DNA of 49,545 bases from Candidatus Iainarchaeum sp. (lineage in GTDB: Archaea > Iainarchaeota > Iainarchaeia > JAGGVJ01): assembly GCA_021158055.1 (NCBI GenBank), contig JAGGVJ010000041.1:1-49545 (forward strand). Reading direction: 5' to 3'. Each line of letters opens with the position of its first letter. Position 1 is the stretch's first letter. The translations under genes were made by a program, and so were the position numbers. Shown here piece by piece: positions 18,151 to 27,612 of the stretch. Under the pieces are notes generated by a model, which was not told where the DNA came from, did no database searches, and was given only the letters and a program-made list of their open reading frames with translations.

Positions 18151-20010
18151 TTGGAAAATGACATTGAAAATTACGAGCAGACAGTGGGGTTGACAAAGTA
18201 CCTGTTTTCAATTCCAAAGACCAGCATCACGCTTTTGTTGACTTTTTTGTCATCGGTTTTTTTCGCGGTTTTTTCGCAGTTTTTCCTGGTTTTTGGCTTT
18301 AACCCTGATTTTTCCCTGTCGCTTGACTCTGTTTCAAGAATCATTGTGGACGGAACTTTCAACGGCTTTGTGCTGCTGTTTGTGCCGGCGCTTTTTGCAG
18401 GGATATTAACGCCGTTTTTTTCAAGGCACGGCAAGAAATTTGTGAAAATTTACAGGTCAATGTTTCTTGCGTTTTTTTGCTCGACTTTCATTGGCGTCTT
18501 GATGCTTGCCGGAAGCATTTTGAACCCGTGGCTCAATGTTTCAATGATCGGGTTTTTGATTCTCGGCTACTCGGTCATATTTGCGTTCAGGGCGCTTGTG
18601 ATTCACAGCACAGTCAACCTAAAGTTCCCGTTCGTGCTTGTCCCGAGTTCTCTTCAGACGGTCGCGGGTTTGGCTTTGATTGCATTTGCGATGTCTGTTA
18701 ATTTAGCACCGGCTTTTGTTGTTGCAGTGTCGCTTGAAACACTTATCATAAAGACGATTTTAGTGACAAGTGTTTTTGTGACCCTTGTTTTTTTGTTTAT
18801 TGCAGTAGTTGACGCACCCATGAAAAGAAATTTTGGTGTTTCTGCAATAGAGGCCTTTAGTTTGTTTTTGTCTGCCTGGGCTGACAATTCAATTGAGCTT
18901 GAAAGCCTTTTTCATAAGATCGGCCAGGAGGTAACAACAACCATGGGGATAATCTCGTTTGAGTCGTCAAAAAAAATTAAAGGCATTTTTTTGGTCCCCG
19001 CGATTCACCCTGGCCCGTTCGGAGGCACGGGGGGCGCAAGAATGCCGTTTTTGCTTTCAAGAAAACTTTCAAAGGCAACGGGGGCAGATGTTTTTGTCAT
19101 GCATGGGCCTGCGACTCACGATTTCAACCCTGTTTCTTCAAAGGAGATAAACAAGTTTTTCACGGCTGCCATGGACACGCTGCCAAACCTTGAGAAAGTT
19201 TCTTCCGCGACTGTGATGAAAAAATTCAAAACAGGCCTTAGCACTTTTTCTGTTCAGGCCTTTGGAAACAACTATTTTTTTGCGTCAACGCTTTCGCCGA
19301 AACCCACTGAAGACGTGGATTTAAATACGGGAATCGCTGTTTCCAGCGTTGCAAAAGCAGCGGGCGCAAAAGACGCGATTTTTGCTGATGCCCATAACTG
19401 CCACCAGGTCGGCGACTTTATTATCCTTTCAGGAAGCCCTGTGGGGTTTGACATGATGGGAAATGCAAAGAAATCAGTGGATAACCTGCTTTCGGTTAAG
19501 CAGAAACCGGTTAAGTTCGGCTCTTTTGTCAGCAGGCAGAACAAAAAATTTGAAAGTGATTTCGGAAGTGCGGGTGCGTCGCTGGCTGTTGTGGACACAG
19601 GGGGCCAGAAAAGCGTTTATGTTCTTTTCGACGGCAACAACCTGCAGCTCGGCTTGAGGGAAAAGCTGATTGGCGTGTTGAAGTCCAAAGGTGCTGCGGA
19701 CGCGGAAATAATGACCACTGATTCTCACAGCGTCAACACAATCAAGGGGGTTGAAAACCCTGTTGGTTCAGTGACAGGCCACGAGGTTTTGTCAGAGTGG
19801 GTGGCTGAAGCTTTTGATCGCGCTGTTTTGGCCTTGGACCCGGTCAAAGTTGGGTTTTCCCTTGAAGTGGTTCCACACGTGCAGGTAATCGGTTCCACAA
19901 AGACGCAGAGTATGGTTTCGACAATAAATTCGATTGTTGCGGTGTCAAAGATACTTGCCCCGGTTATACTGGTTTTGTCGTTTATGCTGGCGTTTTTTCT
20001 GTTTCTTTGA
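18151..20010 (+). CDS. DUF2070 family membrane protein
   Basis: N-terminal TM bundle; HPGPFG, MHGPATHDFNP, DAHN, DGNN and TTDSH motifs. Confidence 0.88.
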   Translation: MENDIENYEQTVGLTKYLFSIPKTSITLLLTFLSSVFFAVFSQFFLVFGFNPDFSLSLDSVSRIIVDGTFNGFVLLFVPALFAGILTPFFSRHGKKFVKIYRSMFLAFFCSTFIGVLMLAGSILNPWLNVSMIGFLILGYSVIFAFRALVIHSTVNLKFPFVLVPSSLQTVAGLALIAFAMSVNLAPAFVVAVSLETLIIKTILVTSVFVTLVFLFIAVVDAPMKRNFGVSAIEAFSLFLSAWADNSIELESLFHKIGQEVTTTMGIISFESSKKIKGIFLVPAIHPGPFGGTGGARMPFLLSRKLSKATGADVFVMHGPATHDFNPVSSKEINKFFTAAMDTLPNLEKVSSATVMKKFKTGLSTFSVQAFGNNYFFASTLSPKPTEDVDLNTGIAVSSVAKAAGAKDAIFADAHNCHQVGDFIILSGSPVGFDMMGNAKKSVDNLLSVKQKPVKFGSFVSRQNKKFESDFGSAGASLAVVDTGGQKSVYVLFDGNNLQLGLREKLIGVLKSKGAADAEIMTTDSHSVNTIKGVENPVGSVTGHEVLSEWVAEAFDRAVLALDPVKVGFSLEVVPHVQVIGSTKTQSMVSTINSIVAVSKILAPVILVLSFMLAFFLFL

Positions 20011-20019
20011 TGTGGTATT

Positions 20020-21102
20020 GTGTCTGATTTCATTGCCACGTGTGTTGCCGGTTGCGAGGACCAGGCAATTGAAGAGGTAAAACAGGCTGTCGGACCAGTG
20101 GATTCAAGGCGGTTTTTTTTAAAGGGCATGTTCTTTTTTTCAACTGTTCTTGAAAAAAAAGAGGTTTTTTCAAGGATTGAAAGCGCAGATACGGTTTTCC
20201 TTGCAAGCGTCGTGTTTTGCATGAAAAAAACCGATGCTGATATTGATTCAATTGTTTCGGCAGTAAAAGAGCTTCTTGTCTTTCGGGAAGACGGTGTTGA
20301 AAGGTCGCGTGCGTTGATCGGTCCGGGCGAGTCGTTCAGGGTCGAGTGCAACAGGCGGGGAACGCATTCTTTTTCAAGCGTTGATGTGTGCAGGAAAACA
20401 GGTTCTTTTGTATGCGGCTTTTGCGCGGCAAAAGTGGATATTAAAAACCCTTCTAAGGCAGTCCGCGTTGAGATAATCGGAAGGGATGCTTTTGTCTGCA
20501 TTGGTCTGGCAAAAGAGGTGAGTTTGTCAAAAAAGGTTGAGGGGTTTGTAAAATCAACTGTGGGAAAAAAACCTTGTTTTGATGCGCGAAACAAAATGAA
20601 AGATGTTATTGAAAAATGGGGCAAGCTGATTTGCCTGGATGACTCGTTTTGTGCTCTTGACCTGGGTGCTGCTCCGGGTGGCTGGAGCGCCGAGCTGTCA
20701 AAAGTGTGCGGCAGGGTTTTTGCTGTGGACACTGCTTACTTGTCGCAGGAAACCTCGTGCCTTTCAAACGTTGTTCATGTAAAGAAAAGAATGGGGGATC
20801 TGGTTGAATCCGACCTTGGGGGTGTTTCAAAAGTGCAGTTTGTTTCTTGTGACGCGAGCATGGTTGTTGATTTGCTTGAAAGGATAATTTTTAAAATCGC
20901 AAAAAATTTTCTTGAAAAAGGAAGGTTTTTGGTTGTAACTTTAAAGTTTCCTTTTCGCGTAAAAAAGGAAACAGCAGACCATCAGATAAGTGAGTTTGAT
21001 TTGCTGGCGCGCAAAAGCGGTTTCACGCTTATTGAAGCGGTTTCCTTGAGGCACAACACTGCTTTTGAAAAAACGGCTTTGCTTAAATTTGAAGGCAATT
21101 AG
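20020..21102 (+). CDS. THUMP domain + FtsJ/RrmJ-type 2'-O-methyltransferase (RlmM-like architecture)
   Basis: THUMP (SFRVECNRRG...VDIKNP...VRVEI), then LDLGAAPGGWS and a K-D-K-E tetrad. Confidence 0.85.
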   Translation: MSDFIATCVAGCEDQAIEEVKQAVGPVDSRRFFLKGMFFFSTVLEKKEVFSRIESADTVFLASVVFCMKKTDADIDSIVSAVKELLVFREDGVERSRALIGPGESFRVECNRRGTHSFSSVDVCRKTGSFVCGFCAAKVDIKNPSKAVRVEIIGRDAFVCIGLAKEVSLSKKVEGFVKSTVGKKPCFDARNKMKDVIEKWGKLICLDDSFCALDLGAAPGGWSAELSKVCGRVFAVDTAYLSQETSCLSNVVHVKKRMGDLVESDLGGVSKVQFVSCDASMVVDLLERIIFKIAKNFLEKGRFLVVTLKFPFRVKKETADHQISEFDLLARKSGFTLIEAVSLRHNTAFEKTALLKFEGN

Positions 21103-21232
21103 ATCCATTTGCAAAGTTAATAAGTGGTAAACTGTAAAAATTGCAGAGATAATAAACGATAAACTGTAAAAAAAGCGGGTTTAAAAAAAGAGTCGGACGG
21201 TTTGTTTCAAACCGTTTTTGTTGGGTGCTTTG

Positions 21233-21616
21233 TTACGAGCCGTTTATGTAAAAATAGGCTGTCCTGAGAGGAATGTCGTATTTTGCGGCGATGGTCTTGA
21301 TTGGTTTTCCGGCTTCCGCATCTGCTTTTATGCTGTTTATCAGGGTTTCCCCGTATTTTTTCGGGCGGCCCCTGTTTACGTCGAATGGTTTCAGTTTTAT
21401 TTCAACATTTTCAAGTGCGTCCACTACCTTTTGTGATGTCTGGTCAAACAGACTTGGCGGACAGTAAATTGTTTTTACTTTTGGGGCATTGTTAAGGATT
21501 CCGACAACAATGTCTGCTGAAGGCCTCTTGTTGATGTAAATCTCGTTTATTTCACTGTCAAGCTCCAGAAGTATGTCCATTAATTCGGATTTGTTTTTTG
21601 CTTTTACCACTTCCAT
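21233..21616 (-). CDS. DUF1699 family protein with C-terminal HTH
   Basis: RPS...IYCPPSL...TS motif, then RGRPKKY and a resolvase-like HTH. Confidence 0.75.
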   Translation of the reverse strand: MEVVKAKNKSELMDILLELDSEINEIYINKRPSADIVVGILNNAPKVKTIYCPPSLFDQTSQKVVDALENVEIKLKPFDVNRGRPKKYGETLINSIKADAEAGKPIKTIAAKYDIPLRTAYFYINGS

Positions 21617-21788
21617 TACGTCACCGTGTAATTTCGCGAAGTTTTTAAGGATTGCACTTTTTTAGCTAGCTAAAGTCCAGTTAAATCCAGGTCAAAACTG
21701 TTGAATATTGTGTCAAAAATTATTAAATATTTTTTGCACAACTATATTATTTCTTTCCATCTTTTTAAACTCTACTATTTTGCAGTTT

Positions 21789-22919
21789 TTAATCTAAAAA
21801 CATTTCATTTTCTATTTTTTCCGGCAGGTAAGTTGAAGCGACGAATTCAAGGGACTTGTTTGCAAGTGCCTGTTGTTCGATTCTGATCCCTTTTTCTGCC
21901 ATGAGTTTTAACTGCCTTAGCCACACGGGGTTGTTTTTGAACCAGGGATACCTCATTTCTTCGTTTATCCTGTTTCTGTCAATGTCTTTTAGTTTTTCCG
22001 TGACATTTTTCAGGTTGTATGTCTCGATGTCATCCATTGTCATGCCCACGTATTTTGCCGTGGGTACAGCGTACTTGTCTGAAAGGTGGGCAAGGTTTAT
22101 GGACCCGTATTTCAGGACAGAGTAAATGTAAAAACCGTATGGGTCTCCGTCAACGAATGTGATGACAGGCAGTTTCAGCCTTTCGTAAAGTATTTTTAAA
22201 AATCTTCGGACACCTCTCGGGAACATTCCTTCCCCGGTGACCAGGATGCACCCGAGGCTTTTCCAGGTTTTTTCCTCAATGAGTCGCGACATCATAGCGT
22301 CGTTTTCTATCGCAAGTATGAAGTCGGCGTTGCAGTTGGTTATTTCAATGTCTTCAACGTTTCCGGGAATCAGCCAGCCTCCGCGTCCCAGTCCCGAGCA
22401 GTTGAATTCGTCCCCGGCCTGTTTTATTGTGATGTCTCCGTATACTGAACCTCTTCCTTTGGCGTTTACGTGCAGTTGGCTTCTTAAAATGTCAAGCGAG
22501 CATTCAAGGTCGTCGAGAACCGAACCGCTTTCGGTGTCGTCGTCGAAAGTGTTTTCTTTTGAGTTTGGAAGCGAGTGTTTGAGGTTGTAATAAAGCTCAC
22601 GTTTTCCAACGGTTTTTTCCGCGTTTACATAGCTCATGCATGCGGATGCAACCATTGTTGTCTGCATGAATTTCCTTGTGTGCGCGGCGTTTATGAATTT
22701 TCTTTCGGATTTCCCTTCGCCAAGTCTCAGGAGTCTTTTTTCTTCATCGTATCTGATGTTTGTTTGTGTTCTGGTGGGCACGAAAAATTTTGGTGGTTCT
22801 TCGTTTTTTATCTGGTCAACCATGTTTTTACCGAAGCTTGATAACGAGTTTAATATTTCTTCATTTGAAAGCACTTTTTCTTTTGAATTTGAAAGTGCTT
22901 TGCCTTTTGAATCAGTCAT
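21789..22919 (-). CDS. top6A: DNA topoisomerase VI subunit A
   Basis: RELYY catalytic Tyr motif; TOPRIM with IE and DGDPYG; EQQAL. Confidence 0.96.
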   Translation of the reverse strand: MTDSKGKALSNSKEKVLSNEEILNSLSSFGKNMVDQIKNEEPPKFFVPTRTQTNIRYDEEKRLLRLGEGKSERKFINAAHTRKFMQTTMVASACMSYVNAEKTVGKRELYYNLKHSLPNSKENTFDDDTESGSVLDDLECSLDILRSQLHVNAKGRGSVYGDITIKQAGDEFNCSGLGRGGWLIPGNVEDIEITNCNADFILAIENDAMMSRLIEEKTWKSLGCILVTGEGMFPRGVRRFLKILYERLKLPVITFVDGDPYGFYIYSVLKYGSINLAHLSDKYAVPTAKYVGMTMDDIETYNLKNVTEKLKDIDRNRINEEMRYPWFKNNPVWLRQLKLMAEKGIRIEQQALANKSLEFVASTYLPEKIENEMFLD

Positions 22920-22920
22920 T

Positions 22921-24726
22921 TTACTTCACCTCTTTTTCGGTTTCATCTGTGTTTTCGCGTTTTTCTGCAGGCGGGGTTTCTTCTTCTGTGATTGTGTTTT
23001 CGTTTGCGATTTTGTCTTCTTGGCTTTCCGAATCCAGTTCCCCTGTTTTTTCGTGTTCTTCTGTGATTGTGTTTTCGTCTGTAATCTTGTCTTCTTGGCT
23101 TTCCGAATCCAGTGTCACTGCTTCGTTTTCCTGTGCCGCTTCTCCGTTTCCGTTTTCCAGTGCCTCTGCTTCTGCGAGTTCGGCGAACCTGCTGCCTACG
23201 ATTTCTTCAAGTTTTTGTTCAAGTATTGTTTTGCTTGTTCCTGTCAAAAACTCAAGGCTTTTTGCGGTTTCAGGAATGTATTTTTCAAATATCTTTTTTT
23301 TGCGTTCTTTTTCAAGAAGCCTTCTTTTTCCGCTTAGGTGGCTTTTGAGTTTTCTTCCGGCATCCATGAGCGCGTTTCTGATTTCTTCAAGTATTTCGTC
23401 TTCGTCTGAAATGGCTTGTTTTCCCGCACTTGTGTAGGGAATGTGCGCTGAGCTCACGTTTACAAAGATGGTTACAGGTGATTCGTTGATGTTCCTTAGC
23501 TCGTATCGTTTCCAGTCAACTTTTGACACTGCCTGGCTGATTACACACCCGCCGCCGTCAAAAAGAAGCGGTGCCCTGTTTGCGTATCTTAAGACTTCGA
23601 CTTTTGAAGTTTCTTCCTTTTCAACGGATCTTCCTGCTTTTCCGCCGTATCCGAGGGAGACTTCCACTTGGAAGGGAACTCCCCCGCGGTAAATCTGCGC
23701 GTTTCTTTCGACAACCGCGAGGAATTCCGGCTCAAGAATTTGCTGCATTGCTTTTGTCAGCTGGTTGTCCCCGATCGGGATAAGGAAGTTTGTTTCTGGA
23801 GCCATGAATTTTATGTTTTTAAACGCTTCAACCATTTCTTCTGCTTCGTCCCATTTTAGCTCCTGCGGGCGCTTGTTTAAATCAAATGACACGTGCGTTC
23901 CTATTTCGTTTGCTTTTGAACTGCTTATCCTTGCAAAGTCAGTCATGAGGAAGCTTTTGATTTTGTATGCATTGCTTTTGCTGGCGCGTGTGAGTATGTC
24001 GTCTGCAGTCATTCCTTTCGGGTGCGGGAGCATTTCTTTCGGGACAGGTGGGATTTTTTCAACTGCCCTTTCAAAGATGAGCAGTTCCCCGTCCGGGTCT
24101 TCAAACCGTATTGTTGTGTGTGGGTTTGCAAGGGCGGTCCGTTTGATGTATTCCAGCGGCCCGTATTCTCCTTTGTTGTAAGTGACTGTTTTGAACTCGG
24201 CTATTATTGTTGTTCCTTTTATTTCTTCGTCTTTGTATTCTTTTTCGTTTGTGAGTTCAGGCATGTTTCTTTTGACGTCAATTTTCACGTCTGTTTCGTA
24301 AATTGTCCCGTTTTCAAGTCCTGAAATCAGTTTTGTGGATTTTCCTGTTGTTATCTGCGAAAACATTGTGCATCCACTGGCACCGATTCCCTGTTGCCCG
24401 CGGCTTTGGATGCGCCTGTGGAACTTTGTTCCCGCAAGAAGTTGTCCCAGGGCTTTCCCGGCGACTTTTTTTGGCATCCCGGGCCCGTTGTCCCTGGATG
24501 TTACTCGGTAGTGCTCGTTTCCGATTTTGTCAATTTTTATGGTTATGTCCGGCAGTATGCTTGCTTCTTCGCATGCGTCGAGAGAGTTTGTGACGTACTC
24601 GTGTACTATGGTGGTAAGTGATTTTACTTTTCCTGTGAAGCCAAGCATTTGCTTGTTTTTTTTGAAGAATTCGGCTACGCTGTGTTCCTTGAATTCGCTG
24701 AATATTTCGTCTGTTATGTCTATCAT
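22921..24726 (-). CDS. top6B: DNA topoisomerase VI subunit B with acidic repeat tail
   Basis: GHKL motifs HEYVTNSLDA, DNGPG and SRGQQGIG; RYANR.PLL. GGTGA Shine-Dalgarno before ATG 24726. Confidence 0.96.
   Translation of the reverse strand: MIDITDEIFSEFKEHSVAEFFKKNKQMLGFTGKVKSLTTIVHEYVTNSLDACEEASILPDITIKIDKIGNEHYRVTSRDNGPGMPKKVAGKALGQLLAGTKFHRRIQSRGQQGIGASGCTMFSQITTGKSTKLISGLENGTIYETDVKIDVKRNMPELTNEKEYKDEEIKGTTIIAEFKTVTYNKGEYGPLEYIKRTALANPHTTIRFEDPDGELLIFERAVEKIPPVPKEMLPHPKGMTADDILTRASKSNAYKIKSFLMTDFARISSSKANEIGTHVSFDLNKRPQELKWDEAEEMVEAFKNIKFMAPETNFLIPIGDNQLTKAMQQILEPEFLAVVERNAQIYRGGVPFQVEVSLGYGGKAGRSVEKEETSKVEVLRYANRAPLLFDGGGCVISQAVSKVDWKRYELRNINESPVTIFVNVSSAHIPYTSAGKQAISDEDEILEEIRNALMDAGRKLKSHLSGKRRLLEKERKKKIFEKYIPETAKSLEFLTGTSKTILEQKLEEIVGSRFAELAEAEALENGNGEAAQENEAVTLDSESQEDKITDENTITEEHEKTGELDSESQEDKIANENTITEEETPPAEKRENTDETEKEVK
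22981..23113. repeat. 58-bp in-frame direct repeat in the top6B tail
   Basis: 22981-23038 vs 23056-23113, encoding LDSESQEDKI(T/A)(D/N)ENTITEE twice. Confidence 0.9.
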
Positions 24727-24736
24727 TTTTTCACCT

Positions 24737-25297
24737 TTAAATACCAAAACTGTTCATTTTTTCTGCGATTTCTTTTTTTTGCCTTTTTTCACGCAGTTTT
24801 TTGTAGACGCTTGAATGGGTCGCTCCTTCCGCCAGCAGTTCAACTGCTTTTTTCGCTGTTTCGACTGACTGGAAGCTCCCGATTATCCCCGCGGTTTTCC
24901 CGTAAATTGAGAGTGTTGCTCCTGATTCGCTTTCTATTGATGCTTTTACTTTTCCCGAGCTGCCGATTATTCTTGACTTCAGCGTTTCAACGGCTTTTTT
25001 TGAATGGCCGGCAAAGTCGTGAAGGTCAACGATTTCAAAGTACGTGTCTTCTTTGAGGAGTTCCAGTGCTTTTTCAGGGTTAAAACCGCGGCCGATTGCT
25101 TTTACGACGTCTTTTAGTTTCCAGGCAAAAAAAGGGTCAGTGTCCTCAAGCCTTTTTATTGAGACGTTTCCTGTCTCGCTGTCGATTAAGAGTTTTGCGC
25201 CGCTTTTTTTTTCAATGAGTTTTTTTGTCTTGCCGTCGCTTCCGATTAATATTGCCACTCTTTCTTTTGGAATTAATACAATGTCCTGGTCATACAT
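24737..25297 (-). CDS. KH-domain pre-rRNA processing protein (Dim2/PNO1)
   Basis: R.AILIG..G, AIGRGF.PE.A and RIIG..G motifs. Canonical position next to rio1. Confidence 0.93.
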   Translation of the reverse strand: MYDQDIVLIPKERVAILIGSDGKTKKLIEKKSGAKLLIDSETGNVSIKRLEDTDPFFAWKLKDVVKAIGRGFNPEKALELLKEDTYFEIVDLHDFAGHSKKAVETLKSRIIGSSGKVKASIESESGATLSIYGKTAGIIGSFQSVETAKKAVELLAEGATHSSVYKKLREKRQKKEIAEKMNSFGI

Positions 25298-25403
25298 AAA
25301 AGCGCCTGCATGTGTGTGTTTTTTGATTGATTGTCTGTAATTATATTAAGTGGATAATCATTTATAACCTTTTGCTTTTGTTTAGCGTCGCTTAATACTG
25401 GTT

Positions 25404-26186
25404 TTACACGTTTTTTTGTTTGTTTTCCTTGTATTCGCGTATTTTTTGAAGGGTTTTTTCTTGGTCTGTTTTCACGCCCAGGGTTTCAAAGTAGGTGCAT
25501 ATGTTTTTAACGTCGCGTTTGAGAAAGTCGATTGCTTTTGGGTGGGTGATGAGCACTGCCTGCCCCATATCTATAAAAACAGGTTTTTCTTCGCGGTTTA
25601 AGATGTTGAATTCTGACAGGTCTGAGTGAACGAGTTTTACTTTGTGCAGGATGTTTGCAATGAAATTGACTGTTTTGTCAAAGAATTGCTCCGGGTTTTG
25701 CGGCGGGCATTTTTTAAGCGTGGGTGCGGCATCGTCGCCTGTGCCGATGAATTCCATCACAAGCACGTTGTTTAAGTATGCAAACGGGGTTGGCACGCGT
25801 TCGCCGCATTTTTTTGCAAGGCTGAGGTTTTGAAATTCCTTCTGTACCCACATGTTTACTATGTCGTGTTTTGTTTTTTTTGTTTTTTTGAAACGCGGGT
25901 CTCCCTCGATGTATTCATGCATTTTTTTGAATTTGCTTGTCTCTATCTTGTATATCTTGACTGCGATGTTTCCGCTTTCGTTTGTCGCCAGAAAAACGTT
26001 TCCTTCTTTTCCTGTTGAAATCGGGTGTTTGAGTTGGTGGATCCACTTTTTGCGTCCGAGCCGCTGCAGCGTGTCAAGGGTTGAGGCGTCAAATACCAGG
26101 GAGACGATTTTTCTTTTCCCCTTGATTTGCTTTTTTGGTTTTCCGCTTAATTTTTTCACCAGCGATTCAACTTTGTCTTTGTCCAT
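25404..26186 (-). CDS. rio1: RIO1 serine kinase
   Basis: ISTGKE, AVKIY, LVHSDLSEFNIL and IDMGQAV motifs. Confidence 0.95.
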   Translation of the reverse strand: MDKDKVESLVKKLSGKPKKQIKGKRKIVSLVFDASTLDTLQRLGRKKWIHQLKHPISTGKEGNVFLATNESGNIAVKIYKIETSKFKKMHEYIEGDPRFKKTKKTKHDIVNMWVQKEFQNLSLAKKCGERVPTPFAYLNNVLVMEFIGTGDDAAPTLKKCPPQNPEQFFDKTVNFIANILHKVKLVHSDLSEFNILNREEKPVFIDMGQAVLITHPKAIDFLKRDVKNICTYFETLGVKTDQEKTLQKIREYKENKQKNV

Positions 26187-26255
26187 GTGAATCTTCCAGG
26201 GTAAGTGATTGTTTTTTGGTTTGCTGATTTGTGCATCAGGCTCTTGAGCCGGATA

Positions 26256-26603
26256 TCAGACTTCCAGGTCGTCAAGGTAGCGGTTTTGCCGCAGCCAGGT
26301 TACCTGGTTTAAGTGGTATTTCCAGATGACATCTCCTTTTTCGTTTCCCTGGACCGGCCAGGGGTCGACTATGACGATGTCTCCTTGTCGAAGGGTGATT
26401 TTTCTTTTCAGCCTTCCCGGAATGCGGCACATTCTTTCGTTGTTGTCTGTGCATTCCACCCGGAACCTGCTGCCGTGAACCTGGGTTACGAGTCCGATGA
26501 AGTTTCCTTCTTTCGGGGTTCTTACGCGAATCACTTCCTGGGTTCCCGGCGCGGGCTTTTTCTTGAATTTGAATTCTCTTGGTCTTTTTCTGAAATTGGC
26601 CAC
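26256..26603 (-). CDS. eif1A: Translation initiation factor aIF-1A
   Basis: CRIPGRLK, GDIVIV.PW and KGDVIWKY motifs. Confidence 0.95.
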   Translation of the reverse strand: MANFRKRPREFKFKKKPAPGTQEVIRVRTPKEGNFIGLVTQVHGSRFRVECTDNNERMCRIPGRLKRKITLRQGDIVIVDPWPVQGNEKGDVIWKYHLNQVTWLRQNRYLDDLEV

Positions 26604-26612
26604 GTTTACACC

Positions 26613-26906
26613 TCATAATTTGATTATCTGGACATGGGGGACGCCGGCAATGGTCATTATTGACGAGTCATTTATGTCCTGTTCTTTTTTAAGGCAGGAA
26701 ACTGCTTTTTCTCCGGAAATGTTTATCTGGTCAGCTGACAATGCCATTGAATTGATTTTTTCGCCTGGAGTTTCCTGGTTTCCGTAAAATGATTCTTTTA
26801 CGTTTAGCATGAATTTTCCTTCTTCAAAGGTTTTTCCAAGGATGTCCCTGTCGCATACTGCCAGGACTTTTTGCCCGTTTCTTTCATGCATTTTTGCCAC
26901 CATCAA
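26613..26906 (-). CDS. DUF424 family protein
   Basis: LAVCD..ILGK.F.EG...V.ESFY and I.GVPHVQ motifs. Confidence 0.9.
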   Translation of the reverse strand: MMVAKMHERNGQKVLAVCDRDILGKTFEEGKFMLNVKESFYGNQETPGEKINSMALSADQINISGEKAVSCLKKEQDINDSSIMTIAGVPHVQIIKL

Positions 26907-26952
26907 TTTATCACTCGGAACTGTTTTTTGCCTGAAACCGCGGTTATTGCAG

Positions 26953-27363
26953 TCATTTAAGATTTCTCACGGGAAATGTTGCACCGCATGCTTCGCATTT
27001 AACCTGTTTTATCCTGTCAATTGTAACAAGTTTGGTGTCCGGTTTTCCGCATTCTTTGCAGAGAATAAACTCGTTTAAGTATTCTTCAAGTTTTTTGTTT
27101 ATTGACTTTCCGAGAAATTTCCCCTGCAGGATGCATCTTTGTCCTTCGATGTTTCCTGCGGTTGCAAGTTCTCTTGAAATGAATTTCAGCAGGTGGTTGG
27201 GGTCCCTGTTTAGTGTTGATGAAACTTCACCGAAGTTTTTTATAATTGTTTTTTTCCCTTGTATTTCCGAAATAAAAGAAGGGGGCTCAAACCTTTTTTT
27301 GCTGAGTGCAATTGGGGGTAGTTTTTCATATGCTCTTTCAAGCAATTTTTCGTAGTCTGTTAT
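26953..27363 (-). CDS. eif2B: Translation initiation factor aIF-2 beta (probable ATA start; track start TTG 27378)
   Basis: YEKLLERAY, RFEPP, ELATAG and C..CGKPDT...C..CGA motifs. AGGTGA Shine-Dalgarno 5 nt before ATA. Confidence 0.93.
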   Translation of the reverse strand: MTDYEKLLERAYEKLPPIALSKKRFEPPSFISEIQGKKTIIKNFGEVSSTLNRDPNHLLKFISRELATAGNIEGQRCILQGKFLGKSINKKLEEYLNEFILCKECGKPDTKLVTIDRIKQVKCEACGATFPVRNLK

Positions 27364-27612
27364 TGGAATCACCTTCAATGATTAAATTATTTTTGTAGCT
27401 TTGCATTTGATGCATAGTGAATAAATGTATAGATGCATAGTAAGTGGTGCGTGTGAAATGAATGAGTCATTTCGCGGGAAATGCCTGTTTGCAGTTGTTT
27501 TTGTCCTTGTTTTATAGTTTTTTTGCCTTTATAATATCGGTTTTAAATCTTTATAAACCTCTTGTTTTCTGAACCGCTGCAAAACGCTTGCTTACGCGCT
27601 CACAGGAGTTGC

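Noticed and set aside
21789-27378. aIF2beta-DUF424-aIF1A-rio1-dim2-top6B-top6A as a novel system
   Set aside because: This is a well-known conserved archaeal gene neighbourhood.
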